Assembly: GCF_018350175.1 (NCBI RefSeq)
Contig: NC_058368.1
Location: forward strand, 193,504,001-193,568,000
Origin: Felis catus
Lineage: Eukaryota
Length of the DNA stretch: 64,000 bases
Direction of reading: 5' to 3'
The notes under the pieces are model-generated. The model worked only from the letters and a program-made list of their open reading frames with translations, was not told where the DNA came from and made no database searches. The position numbers and the translations under genes were made by a program. This document shows, piece by piece, positions 1-12,035 of the stretch (position 1 is its first letter; every line of letters starts with the position of its first letter).

Positions 1-633
1 TTGGAAGCCACGGCTCAAACCCAGACCTGTTGGATGGGACCCAGTCATCTTTTTAGCACATAACAGTCCACTCTTTAATTTCCACAGGACTGGCATTGTT
101 TTACAGTGCTGAGTGACTGTTGCTAAGTAGCTAATAGGAAAGTGGGCTCCCATCCTGGCCATTCTACACCACGATCACAGCTAACAAAGTTTCATCAGTC
201 AAAGTGCCAGTTGTGTACCTAAAAAGACTTCTCCATTTACTGAGCTGAGTATTTTCCAACCAGACCAGCAAAGGCAGGGATGGCATCTAGAGAATTCCAA
301 GCCTGGTTCTTTCAGTTAGCCGGGAGAGAGGGTCATGGTGGTTTGGATTCCAGCTACAGTGATAACCATGAATGCTTGATTTATAAAATGCCGATGACAG
401 GTTTCCACACTTCTCCTTTTGATAAAACCCGCTTCGGGTTCGAGGAAAGGATGGATGGAAATTACCCTTCTCTCCCGAGCCTTTCCTTCCATTGGAGGGA
501 AAGCCACCTGGAGTTGATTGTGAACAACCCGACCTGATTGTGAACAACAAGGAATACTATGTAGAGCCCATCTAGGTCCTCCCACTGAAGTATCAAAGGG
601 AACCTAGCACTCGGTCAGTGAAAAGAACTAGAC

Positions 634-859
634 TAGGGTTTCTCAACCTCAGCACTACTGACATTTTGGACCAGATAATTCTTTGTTGTAGGGGTTCGTC
701 CTGTACATATAGGACAGTTAGCAGCACCTGTTCCTCCTACTAAGATGCCAGTAGTCTCTTCCCTCCCCCAAGTTGTGACCATCAAAAATGTCTCATACAT
801 TGCCATGTGTCCCCTGGGGAGGGGAAGAAGGCAAAATCACCCCCAGTCGAGGACCACTG
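634..859 (-). mobile_element. MER20 (hAT-Charlie MITE), full length
   Basis: Reverse complement follows the MER20 consensus end to end (agggtttctcaacctcagcact...ccagataattctttgttg...gcaaaatcacccccagtcgaggaccactg). Confidence 0.85.
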
Positions 860-1604
860 CACTAAACTGAAAAGAAAGAAGGAGAAAGTAAATCATTTTG
901 GCAACTGGCTAAGTGGACTCTTTGGTAAGCATTGTGTACACTTCTAATAAACTGCTAAGCTCTGGAATTCAATAGGTGATGTATGTCCCATGGGCTGAAC
1001 CTCAGTTAAGTAAATAGTCGAATCCTTGAGAGAGCCGAAACTGACATCACTAAGACCCAATGTGTCTGTTCACTATTTACCCAAGAAGAGCCTTGCCAAA
1101 AGATAGCAAATATTTTCCCGGGACTTCTATCAACTGCCAGATGGGTTTATGGGTGATCTTTGGCTTTGAGGACAATGCTATCCTCTGGAGACCTCTAGAA
1201 TCTTACTATTACGGGTCCACTGGAGATACAATTAAGATTTTTTTTTTTATATAAATCAACAAAGGTTGTTGGCCACCAGTGTACAGAACCCTGACCAAGA
1301 TGCTAAACAGAAGGCCCTGGGCATGAAGAGAAAATCAAATATCATCAGAGAACCCTTCCCTAAGGAATTGTTGCCATATTCACTTCAAACCCAGTACCAT
1401 TTAGAAAAGCACACGCTATACCAACAAAGTGGACACAGATTAATCCAGTTCTAATGAATTGATATTTTTTTAGGAATATTCTGAATTAAATGAATTAGCT
1501 ATGCAGGGAGGCTGCTCCAGAAAAGACCATCCCTTTTATATGTGTTACCTTGCAGAATCTATCCGGAAGGACTTGTACTCAGTCAAGAAGGGCACTTCCT
1601 AGAC

Positions 1605-1785
1605 AAGGTCTCCCAGAGCATAACCTGTAGACCCCAGGATCACCTTCATTTAGGAAGTTTGTTATAATGCATGTTTTTAGACTCTATGTCAGTAATTCTG
1701 ATTCATTAAATGTAGATTCCAACAGTCGGCATTTTAAATAACCTCCCTTGCTTCTTCTGCATACTTAAGTTGGAGAATTGTTGAG
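1605..1785. mobile_element. Degenerate MER5-family hAT MITE
   Basis: Motifs aattctgattca...gcattttaaataacctccc...ttaagttggagaa typical of MER5A/B; boundaries approximate. Confidence 0.5.
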
Positions 1786-2924
1786 TAAGACTTCCTTCTC
1801 AAAGAGCATTTAATTTCCAAGGTTCCTGTCTTCATAGGACTTATGGTTGTTGGAGACAACTAGCTTGTGGTAAGGGTTGCTGGTGATTAATAATCATTCA
1901 TTCAACAAATACTCACTGAACTGCCCATTACATGCCAGATTGTGTTCTAGGAAAACAGGGAATCAGCAATTATGGTAAGAGTCATCTGCTATATGCTGAG
2001 CACCACAACTTGCTTTTACTTCTTTCCTTGTAACATCCTTATGAAGTAGGTACGATCACTTTCATGTCACAGGAGAGAAGATGGAAGCTCAGGGAGGCAG
2101 CTGACCTACACAGGGTCTCAAGGCCAGTAAATGACAGACCTGAAACTTAGACCAACATCTGTCTGATGTTGTATTCTGTGTCCTTTCCACAACAGCAACA
2201 ACACAAGCATAAAAAGATAAAAGAAAAAAAAAAGTTCAAAGCAGTCTGAGTTCAATGCAAAATGAGTAGTACAGTTCCTGAATACTGAGGACGTTCATCC
2301 CTGAATGAAATCATTGCAGGCTGTGGTGGAGGAAGAGTCTTCTTAGAGGCAGCAGTGAACTGAATAATAAAGGATATATGAATTCAGAAAGGGAAGAAGC
2401 ATCTGGAAGGGGAGATCATACAATAAGGAATGGTGTGCATCAAAGTATGAGATAGGAATGTGCAAGACTAATTTGGGGGACTGTGAATTGGTCTTCTCAG
2501 CTAACCAGAGCCAACATGTTAGGGAGAGAAAGTTCCAAAGGAAGTTGTAAATAGATCATGGAGTTCTCTCGATTATTACGCTTGGGTGTCTGAACTTCAC
2601 CCCATAAGACAATATGAATTCACTGTAAGAAGACATGATAAGAGAGAGATGTGGAGAGTAAAACAGATTGATAGTGGTCTGCAGGATAGATCAGCGGAAG
2701 AAGAAGAACCAGAATCAAGTGGGAATCAGGTAAAAAGTATTTATATGAGGTAGTTACCACAGGAAACAATTCCTGAATTCGGGAGAACTCATACCTAGCA
2801 TGTACAGACTTCTTACTATGTTCTTAACTTCTTAACCATGTTCTATGTTATTAAGGCCTTGTTCTTAATAATTTAAATAAATTAATTAGTTTGATCCCAT
2901 ATAATTCCCTCTAAGATGACATTA

Positions 2925-3295
2925 GGGCTGTTCTCAATTGCCTCGTTGTCCTTCTAGTCGCATGGTATGATTGCCTTCCCGCTTCTCCCCTCTTTTGAAG
3001 CTTGGTCATGCCTTGTGGCTTATTTGGTCCAATGAACTGTGAGCGGAAGTGAGGTCTGTTGCCTCTGGCACAAAGCTTTGAGAGCGAGTGTGCGTTCTGT
3101 CACATATATTTCCCTGTCATGGTTATCTGGGAAGCATTTGTCAGGAAGGTGACTCTCTCAGTTTGGGTCCCTGGGTAACTATGACGAACAAAGCCTGTGC
3201 TAGACTTGCAGCATGAGCAAGAAAGAAATTCATGTTCTAGCGGCCCGCTGCCATCTGGGAGTCATTGCTACTGTACTATAACTAACCCGATCTCT
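2925..3295 (+). mobile_element. MLT1-family (MaLR) solo LTR
   Basis: ccaatgaactgtgagcggaagtga...tctcagtttgggtccctgggtaactatg...gcatgagcaagaaagaaa pattern of old MLT1 LTRs; boundaries approximate. Confidence 0.7.
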
Positions 3296-3744
3296 ACTGT
3301 CAGACCACCTGAGTTCAAAACCCTCACTCCACCATTTACCAAATTTGGCAGGTTACAACCTTTCACCCTCACTGACTTCATCTTCAAAATGGGAATCACT
3401 ACAGCGGTTACCTCACAGGGACATTGCGAAAATAACTTTTCGTGCCGTGTTGCAGGCGGTATTTCAAACACTTTCTGTGTGTCATCTTACTTGTTCCTCA
3501 CGACGACTATTTTGCAGATGAAGAAACTGAGGTACGAACAGGATTATGGCACTTGCCAGAGATCACCTGGCTAATAAGCAGTGGGGCCAGGATGCCAACT
3601 TAAGGCAGTTCAGTTGTAGAGTCCCCACGCTTATCCCCTGGTAACACCCAGCCTACCATAAGCACAGAGTCACGTTTTCCCTTAGGCCCCCTGTCTGGGA
3701 CCTAGGATCTTTTGAAGGGCCTAAAAAGTATTTCTCACCAGAAA

Positions 3745-3925
3745 AATAAATATATTATTTTTAAATAATAATATAATATTTATGTATATTAATACTTATT
3801 ATATATTATATTTATATTACATAAAATCATATATTTAATATAGATATTAATATTTATGTAATAATATAATATAATAATAAAATATTAAAAGCTTAACTGC
3901 AACATCAAATTAATAAATATTTAAA
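3745..3925. repeat. AT-rich low-complexity tract
   Basis: About 150-180 bp almost entirely A/T (tatattatt, aatataat units). Confidence 0.8.
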
Positions 3926-4824
3926 TGTCTATAAAATTGGTCATCATGTCAGCTCTCCCACAACACCAACCACTCGAATCAAGTAAATGAGATTTTAATG
4001 TGAGATATGGGTGTATGGTAGTATCTTTGACATGATGGGGGAGGTAGGACTTTTCAAAGTGTCCAGGGCCTAAAATGTGCCTTAAAATGACCCCTTGAAT
4101 AGCGTTCAATAAAGTATTAGCTGTCGTGTTATTTTCATTATTGTCTTTAGCTTTGGCCAACAGAGACACTTCAGAAGCTGTTCCAAATTCTGCAACAAAA
4201 CGACTGGTCCCTTGAGCCACTCCCAAATGTCTGCCAGCAGCTCACTGCTGAAGCTGGTCCTTATTCAGACTCAGGGGAGAGCAGCAAGGTTGAGTTTCTA
4301 CCTTTTTGCTCAGAGATCTAGTTCCTCTCACCTACTGAGCCAGAGGTAGATGCTGTAGCCCTACCAAAGCCCCACCCCCCGGCCCCCAGACTATCAGCTG
4401 GCTGGGAATGGAGTTGCATGAAATGCACCTTTGGAACTACAGCAAAACATCAGGAGCCTCTGGAAACTGTAGCTGCCTGATAACACCCCTATCTCCAGTG
4501 TCTGTTTCTTGAGTCCCTGGTGCTTTGTGCATTTTATGGCATGTACTAAATCAGCCTGCATGAACCCTTCCTCCTGGAGGGTGACTCTCACTCTTAAACC
4601 TTGACTCAGCACCTAGGGTCTGCCGCTTACTTAGCCTGGAATATTACTGTGTTGATTCCCTGCAGCGTCTTGAATCTGGAGACACTCTCCCTCCCCGACG
4701 CCAAGCTCACAGCTTCTGATCCTGGGCCCCGACTTTTGTTCCCACTTTGCACTTCATCCATGTTATCGTCATACCTTGTATCTGCAGAGTCTTTGTGACT
4801 TTCCCAGTCAATTTGGAACTCTGG

Positions 4825-5070
4825 TGCAGTGACTTAATAGTAATACATTCTGGGGTCAAACTGGCCTGAGTCCGAAACCTTGCTCTATCATTTCCTGAGG
4901 GCTGACCTTAGTAAGTTACTAAAGCTCTGTTTTTTTATACTCTGAACTTTGGAGCCTAAAACAGTACCTGCCCCATAAGATGCTTTGAGAATTCCGTGAA
5001 ATAAGCCAGTGACAGGGAGTAGGGGATAGAATTGCTCAACAGATGTTAGCCATTAATGTTATTCTTACTA
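4825..5070 (+). mobile_element. MIR SINE
   Basis: tctggggtcaaactggcctgagtcc...gaccttagtaagttact...aatgttagccatt-like layout of the MIR consensus; many other MIR fragments in the window are not listed. Confidence 0.65.
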
Positions 5071-5478
5071 TTACAAATTCTCACTTTTGAGTTTCAAAGA
5101 TCTCTGTGAAGCGGGAAAGTTAGGAATTCTGGTTTTCATTTCATGAAGGACAAAGCAGAGGGCCTGACAGGTAGAGGCTTGCCCAAAGTCACAGGGTATA
5201 GAAGGGGTGGGACTACAGAGCCTCTGGCACTGAATATAGAAGGATGCCACCTTTCAGTCCTCCCTTTGCTTGAGCACATCTTTCTCACCACCCCTTCTAT
5301 ATTCATGGGATCCCAAGAAGAGGGTTTGGAAGGGGTCCTCATTTATTCCGGCTACTTTTGTAGCTGTGTCCATGTGTTTTTGATCAGAACCGAATTATCC
5401 TTTCTTCGTATGCACCAAGCTCAAACCTCAGGGGACTGCAGAGAATCTTGGATCTGGCACCTTTTGAATTCATAAATA

Positions 5479-5805
5479 CAGTTGACTCCTGAACAACGTG
5501 GGGGTTAGGGATGCTGATGCCCCACACGGTCAAAAATCCACGTATAACTTTTGACTCCTCAAAAACGTAATGACTGATAGCCTACGGTTGACTAGAAGCC
5601 TTACTGACAACATGAACAGTCGATTAACACATATTTTGAACTTGTATTATATACGGTATTCTTACAATAAAATGAGCTAGAAAAAAGAAAATGTTATTAA
5701 GAAAATTATAAGGAAGAGGAAATACACTTATCATGCATTTACTAAAAAACCTCCACGTCTAGGTGGACCTCATAGTTCAAACCTGTGTTGTTCAAGGGTT
5801 GAATG
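5479..5805. mobile_element. Tigger2a-like TcMar-Tigger MITE
   Basis: Terminal inverted repeats cagttgactcctgaacaac / gttgttcaagggttgaatg, flanked by TA at 5477-5478 and 5806-5807; interior matches recalled Tigger2a. Confidence 0.88.
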
Positions 5806-6753
5806 TAATTTTCCCTTCGTGCTTCAAGGTCCACTGTGGGTGGCACTGCATTGCTCAGGACCTCTCTGAGGAAGCTAGCAACTCGTGGGCAGTCACAGCC
5901 ACTTCCGTCCCCTTCACCTCTGTGAGGTGTATAAGCCTGAATGAATAAATGACTGGAGAGTTAAAAAAAAAAAAAAAGTTCAGAATGAGGTGAAAAAAAG
6001 AAACCTTACTTAGACCAGATGGGAGTCTAGAAGCCTCAAATCTAGTGGTTTTATTAAATGAAACTGAACTTGACACATCTATCATAGAGCCTGGCCCACA
6101 CAGGCTCTCAACACACATCAGCTATTATCACTACTAAGCTAACAGGCCATGAGACCTCAAACACATCTCTTCCCCTCCCTTGCCACTGGCAAGATTAACA
6201 ATACTTCCAGTCCTATTCTATTCTGAATGACTGGAGAGATTATTAAGAGAGAAAATGGGTGTGAAAATGCCCTGAAAATGTAACAAGTGTAGTCAGAATT
6301 TACGGTATTATTATTTTTACTCATTATTATGATTATATAATGACCTTTTGTCCCCGGCAGTTAGTCTGACATGAAGTTTTGCTCAATAACCAGATGACTG
6401 CATTTGGAGGAGAGCTGCTGAGGATGGTCCCCTGTCTTGGGCTCTGTTCCCTTCTCTTTGCCTGGTGAGCCACATATCTCCAGGTTAATGGGGTCACAGA
6501 TTCCACCCCGCTCAGATCAGCAGTCTTCATGGGGGCTGCTCATCCAGGCAATGTTCTGCTGTTATAGGTCCTGGGCACCAGGTACAAACAAGGTAAATGA
6601 CTCAGTTCAGGTCACAATGTGGCTTCTTGAACTCTGGACCCAAAAGCAACCCACACTCACAGAATGTGAGCTGAGATGGCGCTAACTGAGGAAAAGTCTT
6701 GATCTGTTCTAATCAATTATCCCAGAAAAAAAAAAAAAAAGTCATCCAGCAGG

Positions 6754-6944
6754 CAGTGGTTCTCAAACTTTAGCAAGTGCCTTCATCTTCAACTGGAAAG
6801 CATATTAAAACAGATTTCTGGGCCCCACCACAGAAGTTCTGATTCAAGAGGTCGTGGCTGGGGTCTGAGAATGGGCATTTCTAACAAAGTGCCAGGTGAT
6901 GAAGTTACTGCTGGTCCAGGAGAAACATACTTTGAGACTCAGTG
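6754..6944. mobile_element. MER5-family (MER5B-like) hAT MITE
   Basis: Starts cagtggttctcaaactt, interior ttctgattca...gcatttctaacaa...ccaggtgat, ends actttgagactcagtg. Confidence 0.8.
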
Positions 6945-7210
6945 GCCTCATGCCCAAGAGCGCAGGCTCTGGAATGGAGTTAGGATGCCCAAATCTGACT
7001 CTGCCGCTTAACATCTGTCCCCAGCTGCAAGTTACTTGAATGTCTTTGTATCTCCATTTCTGCATGTGTCAAATGTGTTGTTACATACTTTAAATGTAAT
7101 CATACTAACTTATAGAGTTACTGCGGCAATTATAGGAAACATACATGCAAAATATTTCGCATAGTGCTGAGCACATAGTAAGTGTTCACGGTCAGCCACT
7201 GTTACCATTA
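6945..7210 (+). mobile_element. MIR SINE
   Basis: aagagcgcaggctctgga...ctctgccgcttaac...caagttacttgaatgtctttgtatctccatttctgcat...gcacatagtaagtg. Confidence 0.7.
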
Positions 7211-7369
7211 CGATTGCGCCATTCACTTCTCACCCTGAAACTATTTGGCATCCAGGTTTCCCTTTTTAGACTATAAGCAGCTTCAGAGCTATGGTCCTGT
7301 CTCATTCATGTCTGTATTCCCCAGGGCTGAGTTCAATGCCAGGCTCAAAAAAAAAGAATATACTATAGA

Positions 7370-8175
7370 AATTCATCCATTCACTCAGTCATTTATTCAT
7401 ACAATTGATAAATGTATACTGAGCACTTTCCCTGTGCCCGGCCCAGGCTAGACACTGAGGGTACAATAAGCAAGAACCAGATCATATTCTCTTGGTGCTG
7501 ATCTTGACTGGGGAATAGAGACATTAAATAATGCAACAAGCAACTAGACAAAGGAGTTACCAGTTAGGAAAGATGCTTTGAAGGAAATAAAAAGTGCTGA
7601 ACTGGAGGGCAGTTCGGGATTTAGTTCAGGTAGACTGCTCAGGGAAGTTCTCTCTGAGGAAGTAACGTGAGCTGAGAGGGGAATAATGAGCCCAAGGCCA
7701 ACCTGATGGGATCTAATGGGACGGAAGCACCAAGCCATGGCCCAGGGGCAGGAAGCAGCTGGCCTGTTCCAAAAACAAAAGGTGAGCTGGAAGGCAGGAA
7801 TCTAGTGCTAAGAGAGGGGCAGAAGAGGTAGGGTTGGGGAGGGACAGGTTCCTAGAGAGCCTTGTAGGCCAAGGTATGGAGACGGCACTTTTTAAAGCAG
7901 TGAATGACATGTTCAGCTTAATACTTTTGAAAAGTTGCATTAGCTTCAGGGTGGTCCACAGCCTCAAAGGAGACAAGTGGGTAAGGTGGGGGGTTAATGC
8001 AGGGGCACGCAAGGAGGAGGATGCTGGCCTGAAATAGGAGGCGGGAGTGGAGACAGAAAAAATAAAAAGTGTTTGGATTTAGAGTATAATTTATAGCTAG
8101 CACTGATGGAGTTGCTGATGGACTAGATGTGGGGGTACATGAACAAGGGACGGAGGACGGCGAGGGGGACTTAAT
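7370..8175 (-). mobile_element. L2 LINE 3' fragment
   Basis: Begins with (ttca)-type L2 tail attcatccattcactcagtcatttattca, then actgagcact...tgtgcc...ggctagacactgaggg and the purine-rich antisense L2 body. Confidence 0.75.
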
Positions 8176-10761
8176 GAACACATCTCCAGCTGTGATCTCT
8201 TCATAAGAAGCTGCCACAGCTCCTTAGCTTCCATCTGCTCACATCTCCGTCCCTGGCTGCCAAATTCAATCTTCCCTTTCTTAGGGCTCAGGGGCCCTTG
8301 CAAGGCTCCTCAAGGGTCCCTGTCCTGATTTCTAAAGCTCTGCAGGCCAGCACTGGTGGTTACTATCCCAGAAGCCCGGATGTCCTGCTCCCTGCAAGAC
8401 AAGGGGGAAGCAAGCCCTCTGGGGGGGCATTAGCAGAGCAGCCAGTCAGGCAGCAGATGACAACGGAAAGCCGCATGTGCAGGCACTCTGGGGACAGGGG
8501 ATGCTGGCAGGAAACTGAAAACAAATTCTGCTGAATGTTAAGAGAGACATGCCATCTTGCTGCTTTGGGCCTCCTGGTGCTGGTGGAGATGGCAAGACCA
8601 ATGACAAAAGCAGAGGGCATCTTCTGAGCCTACGTGGTTTCTGGGGTTGCTGGAGACAATGCGCTCTTTGATGGATGTTACAAATAAGGGAGGCTGACCC
8701 CAGAGCTTGTTTCCCTCCAAGTCCTGCATCTCATGCACCCAATCTCTCTTCCTTTATCACCATTCCTGGGATCCAGCCACTCAGGCCAAGCTGAGGTTTT
8801 TGTTACTCTGCTTCTCATCACTGAACGTTGTCGTCAGTAGAATATTTTTCATCAGACATAGATCACGCTCGGTTTTTATGTTTGCTTTTTATTTTTTCGT
8901 TTTTTTTTTTCTTTTCTTCTCTTCAGTTGGCATGGGAACGCTGCAAGTGCCAGTTCAGGGAGGATCCATCAACGTCATCATAACACTCCCCCATGCCGCC
9001 CAACTGCTTTGATATGTTCAAAGTGCACACACAGTTCTCCCTCATGGAGGCAAATCTGGAAGCAGCCAGCCTTGTTGTTTCCCCAGCTGATAGGCTTTCC
9101 AACTCACATGATTCCAGAGGTAGAAGGGAACCCAGAGGCCAGCCCAAAGCCCCAGAGAAGGGAGAATCTGAAGCAAGGTCACACAGCAAGTCAGCAGGGG
9201 ACAGACGACTCAAATCCAGATCATTACACAGTCCTGGATGCTCTATGACCTTTCAGGATCATCTTGAACTTTTCTAGAAGGGCCTTTGTTTGCTCATTGA
9301 AAAAATCAGACCATCTGCTCTCTTTCATAACAAGGGCTGCTGTGGGGATCAAGTAAGATTCATGTGATTGGTTCCCATAAATGGTGGGCATGTCTTTTAA
9401 CGCTAAGACTGCAAACATGAGTCTTGCAGACAGATGCTCATAAATACTTATTAAACTGACAGAAAGTTAAGGAGATGGTTACATGTTTATGCCTCAGAAG
9501 TAGATGTGGTGGATTCCCATTCATCTAATAAACTGTTAACTCGTTCATTCATCCAGCCAATGACCATCCTTCAAATACTGAATGCCTAATGCAGGCAGTG
9601 CTACTTTTGTTTATAACTGGTTAAAAAACACACCAACCTTGTCGCGGACAAATGTGAGATCCAGCAAGAAGAAAAATCTTGTAAGAAACTCATCACAACA
9701 CGATGGGTTATGAATATAAATGGCTGGAGAAGGCAGAGCACTGCTCCCTTGGGAGTGTGAGACTCACGACCTGCACAGCCAGGAAACCCTCCCCTGAGTT
9801 CCATGGATTTGCAACTGGGGCTTACAAAGTGAGTAGGAGTCTCCCAGGCCAGCAGAGCCAAGGCCTAGAGGTATATTATAGCAGGGTGTTTTGGGACACA
9901 TTGCAGGTCTTTTGTCAGCACTGAAGCAAGATAGACCTAGTATTTATTTGGTATAATAGGCTCTGCATTCAAATTTCATAGGAAATTTTTAATCCCATAC
10001 AGGTAAAGGGGCTGTTCCTTCCATGTGTGATAGGGACTGTTATTAACCCCACTGGACAGCTATAAAACTGAAACTCAGAGCGACTGCATCATTTCACCCA
10101 GGGTTTCACAGGTGAGAAGTGGCAGATGTTGGATTCATGAGATATTTGACACCAAAGTCTGGATTTATAGTCATTACTCTTTATGGTCTCTGTTAAACAG
10201 GAACACATGGGAAAACTGAGGCTGTGGGAGTCATCAGGGTCATGGAGGAGAATTGAGGAAAAAAGAGGATCTGTGAGTTACTCAAGATAACATCACTAAT
10301 CAGTGACAGAACTGAGGCTTACGTCCCATTGTCCCATTTCCATCTTTCTTCTGGCCCATCCCATAGCTCACAGACTAGGGACAAATTAAGAGACCAAGGT
10401 AGAAGATGTCAGAAAAAATCAGCCATCTTCCTAAGAAACACCAAATATCCTGTGCCTCTCCTCCACTGCTCTGCTTGTGTTAGGTTTTCCTGGGGATCTG
10501 CGTTGGCGGGGGAATTCAGAGTATTTGTGGATAACAGATGTGCATATTTTCTTGGTCTAGTGAGATGAAGAGAAGTGGGAGGAGGTTGGGCACAGGGCCA
10601 GCCCTTAGCAGAACTGTCAAATCCTAGGTCTAGTCTACAAGATTCCCTCTAGCTCTTAAATGCATGCCCCCACCCAACCCTTTTGCTTAAACTTCTGTTT
10701 GCTTCCTATCTACCATCCAAGTAGTTCCACTGACAATGGAGGAAATACCTCAATTACCAGT

Positions 10762-10987
10762 TGTATTAGTCTGCATACAGTCTGTATTGGACTTTCATAA
10801 CAAAATACCATAGACTGGGTGACTTAAGCAATAGAAATGTCTTTTCTCACAGTTCTAGAGGCTAGCAGTCTGAAATTAGGGTGCCAGCATGATTGGGTTC
10901 TGGTGGGAGCCCTCCTGCTGGCCACAGATGTCCACCATTTCACTGTGTGCTCATATGGGTTTTCCTCTGTGTGTGTGTATGGGGAGA

Positions 10988-11041
<54 letters not shown>

Positions 11042-11263
11042 TGGAGGAAGCAAGAGAGAGAGAAAGAGAGCGTGAGTATATGTGCAAGTGAGCACACAAG
11101 CTCTCTGGTATGTCTCCTTATAAGGGTACTAAACCCACCAAGAATGCCCTATCCTTATGACCTCATCCAGACCTAATTTTCCTCCAAAGATCCCATATCC
11201 AAATACCAATTGGGGTTAAGAACTCAACATATGAATTTTGAAGGGACACAATTCACTCTAGCA
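10762..11263 (-). mobile_element. MLT1A-like MaLR solo LTR with internal (GA)n expansion
   Basis: tgtattagtc...cataacaaaataccatagactgggtgacttaa...ttctcacagttctagaggct...tcaacatatgaattttgaagggacaca. Confidence 0.85.
10985..11070. repeat. (GA)n microsatellite
   Basis: Long pure GA run with interrupted extension; source of the ER-repeat ORFs in the track. Confidence 0.95.
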
Positions 11264-11808
11264 CCAATTCATGGAATCAGTTCCCTGAACAGAAAGATTA
11301 TGTCTTTATTGGTCAGAGATGCTGGAAAGGGCAAGTTTCAAACCAACCTATGACTTCCTAACAGTGATCCCACAGGCACTAGGTCATCGGGGTAAAGACG
11401 GTAAGGTGCTTCTGAAAAAAGAGTCAGGTTTCCAATAGCCAGGCTGATTGGGAAATGCCCAGAATCAGATAAAGGGAACTCTCTCCACTGCTAACTAGTC
11501 CACACTCCTAGAATGGCCTCTGCCATACTAAGCCAAGATCTGTCAAGCCAAACCTCCCATCCATTCATTGGTTTTTGTTTAGCCTCCTAAGCCACAGTGA
11601 AAAAATGCAACCCTAAGACTTTCTTTCTCACAGCTTCCTACTAATCCTCACTGGAAATGCTTTCCAGATCCTTGACCATCTGAATGTGGTCGTTAAGTAT
11701 GGCACCATTATTCCTGTGACCTGCCTGTGCAGTCCAAAGTCCAATCACCCACGACGGAGAGGACCTAGTCATGGGATTTCTTTATAATACCTATAAGAAT
11801 AGACTTGG

Positions 11809-12035
11809 GGGGCGCCTGGGTGGCGCAGTCGGTTGAGCGTCCGACTTCAGCCAGGTCACGACCTCGCGGTCCGTGAGTTCGAGCCCCGCGTCAGGCTCGG
11901 GGCTGATGGCTCAGAGCCTGGAGCCTGTTTCCGATTCTGTGTTTCCCTCTCTCTCTGCCCCTCCCCTGTTCATGCTCTGTTTCTCTCTGTCCCAAAAATA
12001 AATAAACGTTGAAAAAAAAAATTAAAAAAAAAAAA
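11809..12035 (+). mobile_element. Young Can-SINE (SINEC_Fc type), full length
   Basis: ggggcgcctgggtggcgcagtcggtt head, gagttcgagcc B-box, CT tract, aataaa and poly-A; perfect 14-bp TSD aagaatagacttgg (11795-11808, 12036-12049); CpGs largely intact. Confidence 0.97.

Noticed and set aside
515..548. Direct repeat tgattgtgaacaac with short spacer (similar small pairs at 44657-44703 and near 56210-56252)
   Set aside because: Only two copies each; ordinary slippage duplications, not a CRISPR-like or regulatory array.
3665..4097. Possible old hAT element with AT-rich interior
   Set aside because: Terminal inverted repeats too degenerate to assign a family without a Dfam search; only the low-complexity tract is reported.
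8881..8926. Strong plus-strand polypyrimidine tract and CAG acceptor (antisense exon?)
   Set aside because: Simple T-rich tract with no convincing downstream donor or coding signal.
10824..11176. ORFs with ER/SL dipeptide repeats
   Set aside because: Translations of a (GA)n microsatellite inside an MLT1 LTR.
11809..11890. tRNA-like A/B boxes
   Set aside because: These are tRNA-derived SINE heads, not tRNA genes; I recognised no rRNA, tRNA, snoRNA or miRNA gene in the window.
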